Shown here piece by piece: positions 42,156 to 52,109 of a stretch of 64,000 nucleotides of DNA (position 1 is its first letter; each line of letters begins with the position of its first letter). Origin of the DNA: an uncultured Acetobacteraceae bacterium (lineage in GTDB: Bacteria; Pseudomonadota; Alphaproteobacteria; Acetobacterales; Acetobacteraceae); contig CAXTSH010000001.1 of NCBI GenBank assembly GCA_964246925.1, forward strand, positions 15,348 through 79,347, in the 5' to 3' direction. Made by a program: the position numbers and the translations under genes. The notes beneath the pieces were generated by a model that saw only the letters and a list, made by a program, of their open reading frames with translations, had not been told where the DNA came from and made no database searches.

Positions 42156-44798
42156 TCAGAACTTCGCCGCGACATCAAATGTGATGTTGAACGGAATACC
42201 CGGGATTGACGTAGCGAAATCGGGGCCGCCGTAGACACCCTGGAACGCGCCGAGCGATTGGAAGTAGTACTGGTCATAGTGTAAGTTAAACAGGTTCTGG
42301 ATATTGGCCGTGAACGTCAAATCACGGATGTAAGCCCTCTTAAGCGGGAAGTCGTAAGTCGCCAGCAAATTGAACGTCGTGTAGGCTGGCAACTTGTAGT
42401 TCGTGTTCGTGGTAGTCGCACCTGCCGTGACCGGGTTGGTGTTGGTCGGATAGCCCAGAATGTCATAGGTGGTATACTGCTCGCCGACGTAGTGGCCATA
42501 GGCGCGGACGTCCAGATGATCGTTCGGCATCAGGATTTTGTTGTGCTGATATTCGAAACCGAAGTTGGCGAGCCACTCCGGTGTCGTCGACAGCGGCGTG
42601 TCCCTGAACGCCTCGCCAAATTGTCCGTCCTGCGGAGTCACGCCGGCCGGGTAAGTCGTCAGGTAATCCGAAAGGTTCCACGAGCCGGTCGCGAATACCG
42701 ACCAGTCCGGTGTGATCTTCCAGGTGCCGTTCAACTCCACACCGTGAAACTGCTGCTCGCCCAGATTGGAATATTGCTCAATGCCGCTCAGGAAGTCTTC
42801 GAAGAAGCCGAAGGCCTGGGTCAGCTTCTCGTAGTAGAAGTCGGCGTTGACCAGGATCGTTGGGCTGTCGTAGCGGATACCAGCCTCGTAGTCGTGAATG
42901 TAGGATGGGCCGGGTGCGGCGGTGTTGGTTACGGTCTGGTTGGAGCCGGTGCCGATCGAGTAGTCGGTGATGGGTGCAAAAATCGCGTAGCGGGCGTAGT
43001 CGCCATAGATATTGATGCGCCTGGTGACGTCGTAGCTGGCGCCGAAATACGGCAAGAACGACTTGTCGAACTTGGTCAGCGAAAATGGTCCTGCGACGCT
43101 TTGCTCGGCGTCGTTGCTGCTGTTCGCGGCCTGGACGGTAAAACCGGGCTGGAAATGCAGGGTGTTGTGCAGAACGTCGATCTTGTCCTGGGCGTAGATG
43201 TCGAGAACGGTCCGGTGACTGCCGCCTGGAAAATTGGCCTCGAACTCGTTGCCGAGATCCTGTGGCACATCGGCCGTGCCGTAGATATAGTTGTCGAGCC
43301 GGTAATCTGCGTGGGCGGCCAAGCCGCCGATCGTGATCGTGTTGTGAGGCAGAAAGACGTTAATCCTCGGCCGAATGCCGAAGGTCTTTTCGGTCGACAC
43401 GGTATCCCAGTATTGCTGGCCGTTCTGGGTGTAGCACGCGTCTCCGTTCGACTTGATCTTGGCTGCGTTGGTGACCGGCGGATAGAAATAGCCGAGCTGC
43501 CCGGGCGTGTAGCAGGTCAGCCCGAACTGGGCCGGGTTATAGGTCACGTAGCCCTGGTAAAGGCCGCCTGATTGCAGGATATCGCCGTTGAAGAAGTTGT
43601 AGGACTGGTTGACCGGATACCCATTCGTCGGGCTCGGGTTGATGTTGGCCTGCGGGCCGGCGAGAGCCGTACTCTCGAACTGCTGCTGGTCGCTGTCGAG
43701 TTCGTCGTAGAAAATCTTGGCACCCACGATCAGATGCGGGTTGATGTAGGTCGAGTCGCCGACATCGGCGAACAGGTAACGGTTGTCGAGCTGGTTGTAC
43801 GTCTGGCTCGGGTTGTAGTACGAGAACTGCCCGTTGAGCGCCTGAAGCTGCGTCGGATAGCCGTTGTAGGCAGTCGAGTAGCCGAAGCCGGTGTTGTAGA
43901 TCACGTTTGCGGTGACGTTCGACAGGCCGCCGTCATAGGGCTTGTCGAACGCGAACTGCATGTCGCGGTACCGGGATGGCGTGAAATCTATGTAGCCGCC
44001 ATTGTACTCTTGATCATAGCTCAGGTAGAATCGCGGCCCATCGACGCCGCCCAACGCGCCCGAATTGACCGAGAACCCGCCGTGATAAAGATCAAACGAG
44101 CCGACGCCGCCTTCGACGGTGAAGTTCCGGTCGGCGGTCGGCGCGATCGGAATGTAGTTGATTGTGCCGCCGACGCCGTTGAAGCCCTGGTTGTCCGGCG
44201 TGGTAACGCCCGGATAGATGTTGGCCCCCGAAATCTGCTGGTTGGTGACGAACCCTCCGATCGAGCCAACGAACGACCCGGCGAAGCCCTGCCCGTTGAC
44301 GTTGAGCAGATCCTGGATCGGCACGTCATCGAGGTTGTCGGACAACAAGCCGTCCTTGACGCCGCGTATGGTCAGCTCGGGCGAGTTCTGACCGATCCCC
44401 GTCTGGTATGAGTTCACCGACGGAGCCTGAGTCAGCAGGCTCTGCACCGACCCGTTGATGCCGCTCTGCTGGACCTGCTTGGTGCCGAGCTCGGTGACCG
44501 CGGTGGGGAGGTCCTTCTCCTTCTGGAGCAACTGGCGGTAGATCTTGCGTATCGTCTCGACCTGGATCGCGCTCTCTGGAGCGGCAACGTTGGCCGAGTT
44601 CGGCGTCCCGACGCTCGCCGGCGACCCCGTCCCAGGGCTGCTGCCGTTAGCCGGCCCGTTCTCGGACTGATTACCGACGGCCCCACCGGACGTCGAGGCA
44701 TTGCCGACCGATTGCGCCCATCCGGCCGCCACTGGAACAGAGCTGCTCAGGGCGGAGGCGAGCAACAGTGCTCGCCGAAACGAGGTGCAGAAACGCAT
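42156..44798 (-). CDS. TonB-dependent outer-membrane receptor (TBDR-3), close paralogue of TBDR-1
   Basis: 880 aa. Signal peptide LLLASALSSSVPVAAGWAQ. PTAVTELGTKQVQQ...SPELTIRGV. The terminal ...ITFDVAAKF is identical to TBDR-1. Confidence 0.85.
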   Translation of the reverse strand: MRFCTSFRRALLLASALSSSVPVAAGWAQSVGNASTSGGAVGNQSENGPANGSSPGTGSPASVGTPNSANVAAPESAIQVETIRKIYRQLLQKEKDLPTAVTELGTKQVQQSGINGSVQSLLTQAPSVNSYQTGIGQNSPELTIRGVKDGLLSDNLDDVPIQDLLNVNGQGFAGSFVGSIGGFVTNQQISGANIYPGVTTPDNQGFNGVGGTINYIPIAPTADRNFTVEGGVGSFDLYHGGFSVNSGALGGVDGPRFYLSYDQEYNGGYIDFTPSRYRDMQFAFDKPYDGGLSNVTANVIYNTGFGYSTAYNGYPTQLQALNGQFSYYNPSQTYNQLDNRYLFADVGDSTYINPHLIVGAKIFYDELDSDQQQFESTALAGPQANINPSPTNGYPVNQSYNFFNGDILQSGGLYQGYVTYNPAQFGLTCYTPGQLGYFYPPVTNAAKIKSNGDACYTQNGQQYWDTVSTEKTFGIRPRINVFLPHNTITIGGLAAHADYRLDNYIYGTADVPQDLGNEFEANFPGGSHRTVLDIYAQDKIDVLHNTLHFQPGFTVQAANSSNDAEQSVAGPFSLTKFDKSFLPYFGASYDVTRRINIYGDYARYAIFAPITDYSIGTGSNQTVTNTAAPGPSYIHDYEAGIRYDSPTILVNADFYYEKLTQAFGFFEDFLSGIEQYSNLGEQQFHGVELNGTWKITPDWSVFATGSWNLSDYLTTYPAGVTPQDGQFGEAFRDTPLSTTPEWLANFGFEYQHNKILMPNDHLDVRAYGHYVGEQYTTYDILGYPTNTNPVTAGATTTNTNYKLPAYTTFNLLATYDFPLKRAYIRDLTFTANIQNLFNLHYDQYYFQSLGAFQGVYGGPDFATSIPGIPFNITFDVAAKF

Positions 44799-45470
44799 AG
44801 GCTAAAAGTCCCTCAGACCCGAGCGGGAGGTACTCGGTGCACCTGACGTTCGGGGCAGGTGAGGATTTTGGCAAGGCTCGTTCCAACCGTCGGACCACGC
44901 AACGCGAATTGGTTGCATGGCGGCCACATGACTTTTTTGCGCGTCAGCCGAAGCCGTCGCACTTCCATGTTGCTCAAAAAACCGGCATCTGTCCGCTCAT
45001 CTGGCGGATACCGTTCCGGACCGGCGACCAAACGGTCAAAATTTGATCTGTTTTCCGAAAAGCACGGATCTAGTGATCGCCCAGACCCGGCAAACTTGTA
45101 TCGCTGCCGAAGATCAGTCCGATTTGATGGTTGTATTCTACCTCCCAGTTGTGAACAAGAACGCGTCAAATACAGTGGAACACCTGCAAGACATCTACTT
45201 TGGTATTCTATGACGGCCACTTGGGCCTACCGCTCGATCGTGGCGTCCCTCCCGATCCGATGTCACCGTGGCAAATTGAGACGGATCGCGAAACCATTTC
45301 ACGGAAGCAACCGACCTGTTCGTGTCGCATGCGGCGGCAAAGCCACACCTGGTGACCTCAGGTCATCCTCGTCTGCGTGTCTGGTAGCATCTGCTCATAG
45401 AGAGGCTGTCTCGGCTTCCGGCAACGGCGGTTCCGCATCTGCGTTCACGCCAATCAACCGAGGACGTGCC

Positions 45471-46037
45471 ATGTCAGACCAACGCAAGCCGCCGACCGAT
45501 GCCACGCGTCAGACCCTCGGCGCCACCCGTGAGGTTCAGGCCGTGTTTCCGAACCGGGCCGCGCTCGACGAAGCGATGGACGGGTTGCGCCTGCGCGGCT
45601 TCGACCGAGCCGACCTCAGTCTCCCTGCCGCGACACCCGGGGCGACCGAGGCGACGCCCGAGCAAGGCGCCGGCAATGCGATGACGGAGACCGACCGCCA
45701 GCAGGCGCGGACGCTGGGCGGCAGCACCGCGGGGGTGGTCGCAGCACTCGGTGGCGCCGTCATCACGGTCGCCACCGGAGGTGCGGCGCTGGCAGCGGTC
45801 GGAGTCGCCGCGGCCGCCGGCCTCGCCGCGGGAGGAGCCACGCACGCCGCCCTCGCTGGAGGCGGCGAAGCGGTCAAGGCCGATCGCGACGAGGCGGCGG
45901 AAAAGGGTGAGCTCGTGCTTTCGGTGGCGACCCGCGACGCTGAACGCGAAGCGGTCGCCCATGACGTGCTCAAATCGTCGGGCGCCGTGCGCACCAAAAC
46001 CGTTGAGAGACGGGCCGCAACAATCACGCCTATTTAG
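45471..46037 (+). CDS. Hypothetical protein with central Gly/Ala-rich hydrophobic segment (general-stress-like)
   Basis: Started at ATG 45471 (GAGGAC SD-like upstream). Two short alpha/beta-like modules (AVFPNRAALDEAMDGLRLRGF; VLSVATRDAEREAVAHDVLKSSGA) flank a G/A-rich TM-like stretch. Confidence 0.5.
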   Translation: MSDQRKPPTDATRQTLGATREVQAVFPNRAALDEAMDGLRLRGFDRADLSLPAATPGATEATPEQGAGNAMTETDRQQARTLGGSTAGVVAALGGAVITVATGGAALAAVGVAAAAGLAAGGATHAALAGGGEAVKADRDEAAEKGELVLSVATRDAEREAVAHDVLKSSGAVRTKTVERRAATITPI

Positions 46038-46042
46038 GCGGT

Positions 46043-46085
46043 CCAGGGGCCCGGCCCCTGGCTGAGGGTTCGGGGCAGAGCCCCG
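46043..46085. terminator. Two adjacent hairpins (CCAGGGGC-ccg-GCCCCTGG and CGGGG-cagag-CCCCG) between convergent genes
   Basis: Read directly. Probably a bidirectional terminator for the hypothetical gene and cspA, and a member of the REP-like family. Confidence 0.5.
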
Positions 46086-46108
46086 CAATGTCAGCCGGAT
46101 GCCGTCGC

Positions 46109-46312
46109 TCAAGCGACCTTGATGTTGATCGCCGCCTGCTTGCCGCGCTCCATGGCCACCTCGTAGGCGACCGCCTGGCCCTCGTTCAGCCCGCGCAGAC
46201 CGGCTGCCTGTACTGCCGTGATGTGGACAAAAACGTCCTTGCCGCCGTCCTGCGGCATGATGAAGCCGTAGCCCTTGGTCGTGTTGAACCACTTCACCGT
46301 CCCGGTCGCCAT
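46109..46312 (-). CDS. cspA: Cold-shock protein (CspA family)
   Basis: 67 aa. GTVKWFNTTKGYGFI (RNP1) and VFVHITAV (RNP2). Confidence 0.9.
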   Translation of the reverse strand: MATGTVKWFNTTKGYGFIMPQDGGKDVFVHITAVQAAGLRGLNEGQAVAYEVAMERGKQAAINIKVA

Positions 46313-46428
46313 AGCCGAACTCCGTCGAAGTCGGAGTCCGCCACGCGCGGCGGACTTCGATTGGTCTTCGGAATGGAGCAGGAAACGAATCGGCGTGTCA
46401 ACGAAATCGTGAAGACCAGCCCGAGACG

Positions 46429-46457
46429 AAAAAGGGCGGGTCCGAAGACCCGCCCTT
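46429..46457 (-). terminator. Rho-independent terminator of groESL
   Basis: On the minus strand it reads AAGGGCGGGTC-ttcg-GACCCGCCCTT followed by TTT, 20 nt after the groEL stop. Confidence 0.75.
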
Positions 46458-46476
46458 GCCGAGATCCTGAGTAACC

Positions 46477-48473
<1,997 letters not shown>

Positions 48474-48572
48474 AGTGCGTTTGCTCCTGGGACCCGGCAT
48501 TGCTGCGCGGGTCCGATGCCGGTCACCGCTTTTCTCCGAGCGGGGCTGCCGCGGCGGGAAGCAGCCTGCGCT

Positions 48573-48599
48573 TTGGCACTCACCGTTTGCGAGTGCCAG
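48573..48599 (-). promoter_or_regulatory. CIRCE operator (HrcA binding site) upstream of groES
   Basis: TTGGCACTC-accgtttgc-GAGTGCCAG compared with the consensus TTAGCACTC-N9-GAGTGCTAA. It lies about 100 nt upstream of the groES start. Confidence 0.8.
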
Positions 48600-48785
48600 C
48601 GGTCATCTAAGCCGATCAAGGGAGGTTGTCAACGATGGCAGCATTCTTCGACGCAGAGTGCTACAGCCTTCATATAGTTCATTTTCTTCTTTGTTTAACC
48701 TGCGACCTCGATAATGCTGATCGAGGACCGCCGTGCTGAAGGGCGGCCAAGGGGAAAGCCGACCGCAGACAGGACAAGGGTGCCC

Positions 48786-49046
48786 ATGAACCTCGGATTG
48801 CAGCTCAGGGATTGGCGTCTCACCACCGCCGAAATCCTCTATCACCTTCCAGACCATCCTGCCCTGCTGCAGACCTATGTCTGGCAGGAACTCGACCTCG
48901 CCCCACGCTTCCCTGCGCTGCATCGATTCCTGGACTTCTGGACCCGCGAGATCGAGGGCCGGCTTCACTCCGTTCGTGTCGGCACCCGGCAGATCATCGG
49001 TCCCGCCGAACTTCGCCTACCGGGCGCCGTCCTCACCCTGCAGTAG
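48786..49046 (+). CDS. usg: Usg family protein
   Basis: Started at ATG 48786. LTTAEILYHLPDHPALLQTYVWQELDLAPRFPALHRFLDFW is the characteristic Usg sequence. Confidence 0.7.
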   Translation: MNLGLQLRDWRLTTAEILYHLPDHPALLQTYVWQELDLAPRFPALHRFLDFWTREIEGRLHSVRVGTRQIIGPAELRLPGAVLTLQ

Positions 49047-49236
49047 GTGCCGTCGCGTCGGACGGCTCGAGCTTGGCCTGCTCGGCGGCACGCTCCGATC
49101 GCTCGGCCGCCTGCCGGTCACGCTTCCTGTCGGCTGCCGTCCGCCCATGGCGAACCCGGTTCTCCGACGCCCGCAGGGCCTGCTCCGTGTGCGCCCGCGC
49201 TTTTCGCGCCTTGTTGAGGTTGACGATCTCCGCCAT
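49033..49236 (-). CDS. DUF4169-like small basic protein
   Basis: Started at ATG 49236 (MAEIVNLNKARKARA...). The Arg/Lys/Glu-rich helical pattern is typical of the family. Confidence 0.55.
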   Translation of the reverse strand: MAEIVNLNKARKARAHTEQALRASENRVRHGRTAADRKRDRQAAERSERAAEQAKLEPSDATAPTAG

Positions 49237-49277
49237 CGCCTCACTCTCGCATCGATTGGACAACGGGAGAAGCTGCC

Positions 49278-49940
49278 ATGGGCAAGATGATCACCCTGAC
49301 CGCGTCCGACGGGCACCAGCTCGGCGCCTACGAGGCCGGGTTGGCCGATGCCACGCGCGCGCTGGTCGTCGTGCAGGAGATCTTCGGCGTCAACCATCAT
49401 ATCCGTCACGTCTGCGACGGTTTCGCCGACGCCGGCTTTTACGTGTTGGCACCCGCCCTGTTCGACCGCGCCGAGCCGGGCATCGAGCTTGCCTACGACG
49501 GCGACGGCATGAAGCGGGGTCTCGAACTGAAAGGCCGGATCGCCGACGAGGCCTCGCTGCTCGACGTGGAGGCGGTCGCCTCGGCGCTGGGCAGAGCCAC
49601 GCTGGGTATCATCGGCTATTGCTGGGGGGGCACCGTCGCCTGGCAGGCCGCCACCCAGACCAGCCGCTTCCGGGCCGCCGTCGGTTGGTACGGCGGCGGC
49701 ATCGCGCAGATCAAGGACGCCAAGCCGCACTGCCCGGTGCAACTGCATTTCGGCGCCGAGGACGACCACATCCCGCCATCTGACGTGGACGCGATCCGCG
49801 CCGCCCAGCCCGACGTCGAGATTTTTGTCTACGAGGGCGCCGGCCACGGCTTTGGCTGCGACGAGCGCGGCAGCTATGTCGCCAAGTCGGCGGCTCTGGC
49901 GCAGGAGCGGAGCTTGGCGTTCCTGACGCGGCATCTGTAA
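49278..49940 (+). CDS. Dienelactone hydrolase family protein
   Basis: 220 aa. VVVQEIFGVN, nucleophile motif GYCWGG, C-terminal GAGHGF. Confidence 0.85.
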   Translation: MGKMITLTASDGHQLGAYEAGLADATRALVVVQEIFGVNHHIRHVCDGFADAGFYVLAPALFDRAEPGIELAYDGDGMKRGLELKGRIADEASLLDVEAVASALGRATLGIIGYCWGGTVAWQAATQTSRFRAAVGWYGGGIAQIKDAKPHCPVQLHFGAEDDHIPPSDVDAIRAAQPDVEIFVYEGAGHGFGCDERGSYVAKSAALAQERSLAFLTRHL

Positions 49941-49964
49941 GGCCGGGGCCAGTCCCGGACCCGG

Positions 49965-49983
49965 CTGGGGCCCGCGGCCCCAG
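49965..49983 (+). terminator. Hairpin CTGGGGCC-cgc-GGCCCCAG downstream of the dienelactone hydrolase gene
   Basis: Read directly. Confidence 0.4.
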
Positions 49984-49995
49984 ACCCGCCCGATC

Positions 49996-50418
49996 ATGAT
50001 GATTGTCAGATTCGGGCTTGGCGCCGTCCTGTTTTTGGGCGCGACGCAGGCGGACGCGAGCGCGCCTCCATGCCCGGGCCTGACGACGCGTTAAGAGAGT
50101 GTCTGCCTGGATATCTACCTGGGTCGAGCAGAGCGGCAACTCGCAACGTATGCGGCGGCAGCCGCAGCCAGGATCCAGAAGGGCGACAAGCCCGGCGAGG
50201 CTCTCCTGGAATTCGGGGCGGCGGCAAACGCCTGGCACCAATATCGCAAGTCCGAGTGCGACGCGGTTTACAATCATTGGTCATCCGGGACGGTTCGCGC
50301 TGCTGAGGGCACGGTCTGTATGATTGCGCTGACACGTTCTCGGGCGCACGAAATCTGGTCCGAATGGCTGACCCATTTCGGCGGCACACCGCCTGATCTA
50401 CCAGAACCGCCACAGTAG
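49996..50418 (+). pseudogene. LprI/DUF1311-family periplasmic protein gene interrupted by an in-frame TAA (50092..50094)
   Basis: In a single frame: MMIVRFGLGAVLFLGATQADASAPPCPGLTTR-TAA-ESVCLDIYLGRAERQLATYAAAAAARIQKG...AWHQYRKSECDAVYNHWSSGTVRAAEGTVCMIALTRSRAHEIWSEWL... then TAG at 50416. The pattern is signal peptide plus the DUF1311 motif (C..E..C...L..Y...W..YR..EC). It is not in the ORF track because of the stop. Confidence 0.6.
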
Positions 50419-50473
50419 CGGGGTCTGGGGCCGCCGGCCGTCACGCCTCTGGCGTGCTGACGCACGACGGGAT

Positions 50474-50492
50474 CCAGGGGCAGCGCCCCTGG
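50474..50492 (-). terminator. Hairpin CCAGGGGC-agc-GCCCCTGG immediately downstream of mtnP
   Basis: Read directly, 1 nt from the stop codon. REP-like family member. Confidence 0.45.
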
Positions 50493-50493
50493 G

Positions 50494-51363
50494 CTACAGG
50501 ACCCGCCCGGCGATGGCGTCCAGCTTGGCCACCAATCCCGGGTCCCGCTTTGCAGGCGCGGTGATTAGCGCTTGATCCAGTGCCCGATCGCACCCGCTCG
50601 GACACCAGTCCCGCGCCGCCCCGATGACGGGAACGACCGCGCGCACCAGGTCGCGGGCGCGTGCGGCGTTCTCGGTCATCACCCGAACCACCGCGTCGAC
50701 GGTGACGCTCTCGTGCCCCTCGCGCCAGCAATCGTAGTCGGTCACCATGGCGACCGAGGCGTAGTTGATCTCGGCTTCGCGCGCGAGTTTCGCCTCGGGC
50801 ATGTTCGTCATGCCGATCACCGCGGCACCCCACGCGCGATAGAGCTCGCTCTCGGCGCGGGTGGAGAACTGCGGCCCCTCCATGACGAGGTAGGTTCCGC
50901 CGCGCGTGAACGACAGGCCGATGGCGTCGGCGGCAGCCGCCAGATAGTCACCGAGCCGCGCACAGACCGGGTCCGCCATCGCCACATGCGCGACCAGGCC
51001 CTCGCCGAAGAAGCTTTTGTGGCGCGCGAACGTCCGGTCGATGAACTGGTCGACGATCACAAAATGTCCCGGCGGCAGGTCTTCCCGCAACGACCCGACC
51101 GCCGACAGCGATATGATGTCCGTAACACCCGAGCGCTTCATCGCGTCGATGTTGGCCCTGAAATTCACGTGTGTCGGCGACAGCACGTGCCCCCGCCCAT
51201 GCCGGGGCAGGAAGACGCACTCGACGTCCTGCAGCATCCCGAACAGCAACTGGTCCGACGGCGCTCCCCACGGTGTCGCCACTGTCCGCCACACCGTGTC
51301 GGTCAAACCCTCGATCTCGTACAGCCCCGACCCGCCGATCAGGCCGACCACAGGTTTGATCAT
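50494..51363 (-). CDS. mtnP: S-methyl-5'-thioadenosine phosphorylase
   Basis: 289 aa. GLIGGSGLY, FLPRHGRGH, GPQFSTRAES, GMTNMPEAKLARE. The ATG overlaps the petC TGA (ATGA). Confidence 0.9.
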   Translation of the reverse strand: MIKPVVGLIGGSGLYEIEGLTDTVWRTVATPWGAPSDQLLFGMLQDVECVFLPRHGRGHVLSPTHVNFRANIDAMKRSGVTDIISLSAVGSLREDLPPGHFVIVDQFIDRTFARHKSFFGEGLVAHVAMADPVCARLGDYLAAAADAIGLSFTRGGTYLVMEGPQFSTRAESELYRAWGAAVIGMTNMPEAKLAREAEINYASVAMVTDYDCWREGHESVTVDAVVRVMTENAARARDLVRAVVPVIGAARDWCPSGCDRALDQALITAPAKRDPGLVAKLDAIAGRVL

Positions 51364-52109
51364 GCCAACGCGCTCCGGCGCCGCACCACGGAGACCAGCA
51401 CGATCAGCAGCACCATGAAGATCACGATCTTGACCCCCATCTGCCGCCGCTGCACCAGGTGCGGCTCCGATACCCAGGCGAGGAACGTCGTCACGTCGCG
51501 CGCCATCTGCTCCGGCGTGGCTCGCACGCCATCGGCGAAGGTGAGATGCACGTTCTCGAATGGATTTTGCATCGCGATCACGTTGCCGGGCACGTGCAGG
51601 TTGTAGGCCATGCCCTGTCCCAGCGTGAGGTCCGGCGGAGGCGGCACGTAGCCCATCAGCAGCCCGTAGGTTTGATCAGCCCCGTCGGCTTGCCTCACCG
51701 TGGCACGCGACAGGTCGGGCGGCAGCACCCCGGCGTTCGCAGCTCTCGCCGCGGCCTCGTTGCGGTACGGTGCCGCAAACCGGTCCCCTGGCTGCGCCGG
51801 GCGAAGCACCTGGTGTCCCGCAGCGTCCTCGCCCCCCGGCACCAGAGATGACGCCGCAAAAGCGTGCACCTGGTTGGCGTTCAGCCCCAGCCCCGAAAGA
51901 TCGCCGTAGGAGAGGTGGGCAATGCTGTGGCACGACGCGCAGGCGGCCTGGTAGACCGCCAATCCACGCTGCGCGGAAGCAAGATCAAACCCGCCCAGCA
52001 GATGTTCGAAGCTCCAGGGCTGCGGCGTCACCGGGATCGTCACTTGGGCCGACGCCGCGGTGACGAAGACAATCCCGGTGGCGGCGGCAACGATCCCTCG
52101 CCGCATCAT
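51360..52109 (-). CDS. petC: Cytochrome c1
   Basis: Started at ATG 52109 (MMRRGIVAAATGIVF...). Haem motif CASCHS, PPDLS, AMQNP, C-terminal TM anchor. The ATG overlaps the petB TGA (ATGA). Confidence 0.85.
   Translation of the reverse strand: MMRRGIVAAATGIVFVTAASAQVTIPVTPQPWSFEHLLGGFDLASAQRGLAVYQAACASCHSIAHLSYGDLSGLGLNANQVHAFAASSLVPGGEDAAGHQVLRPAQPGDRFAAPYRNEAAARAANAGVLPPDLSRATVRQADGADQTYGLLMGYVPPPPDLTLGQGMAYNLHVPGNVIAMQNPFENVHLTFADGVRATPEQMARDVTTFLAWVSEPHLVQRRQMGVKIVIFMVLLIVLVSVVRRRSALA

Noticed and set aside
44799-45100. Riboswitch (cobalamin or TPP) in the leader of TBDR-3
   Set aside because: I could not find the B12 box, or a CTGAGA...ACCTGATCTGGATAATGCCAGCG-type TPP core, on the relevant strand. 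Only a covariance-model scan could settle it.
44813-45220. 135-aa minus-strand ORF in the AT-richer intergenic region
   Set aside because: The composition and codon pattern are unlike the neighbouring genes. There is no SD, signal or motif. It is probably non-coding.
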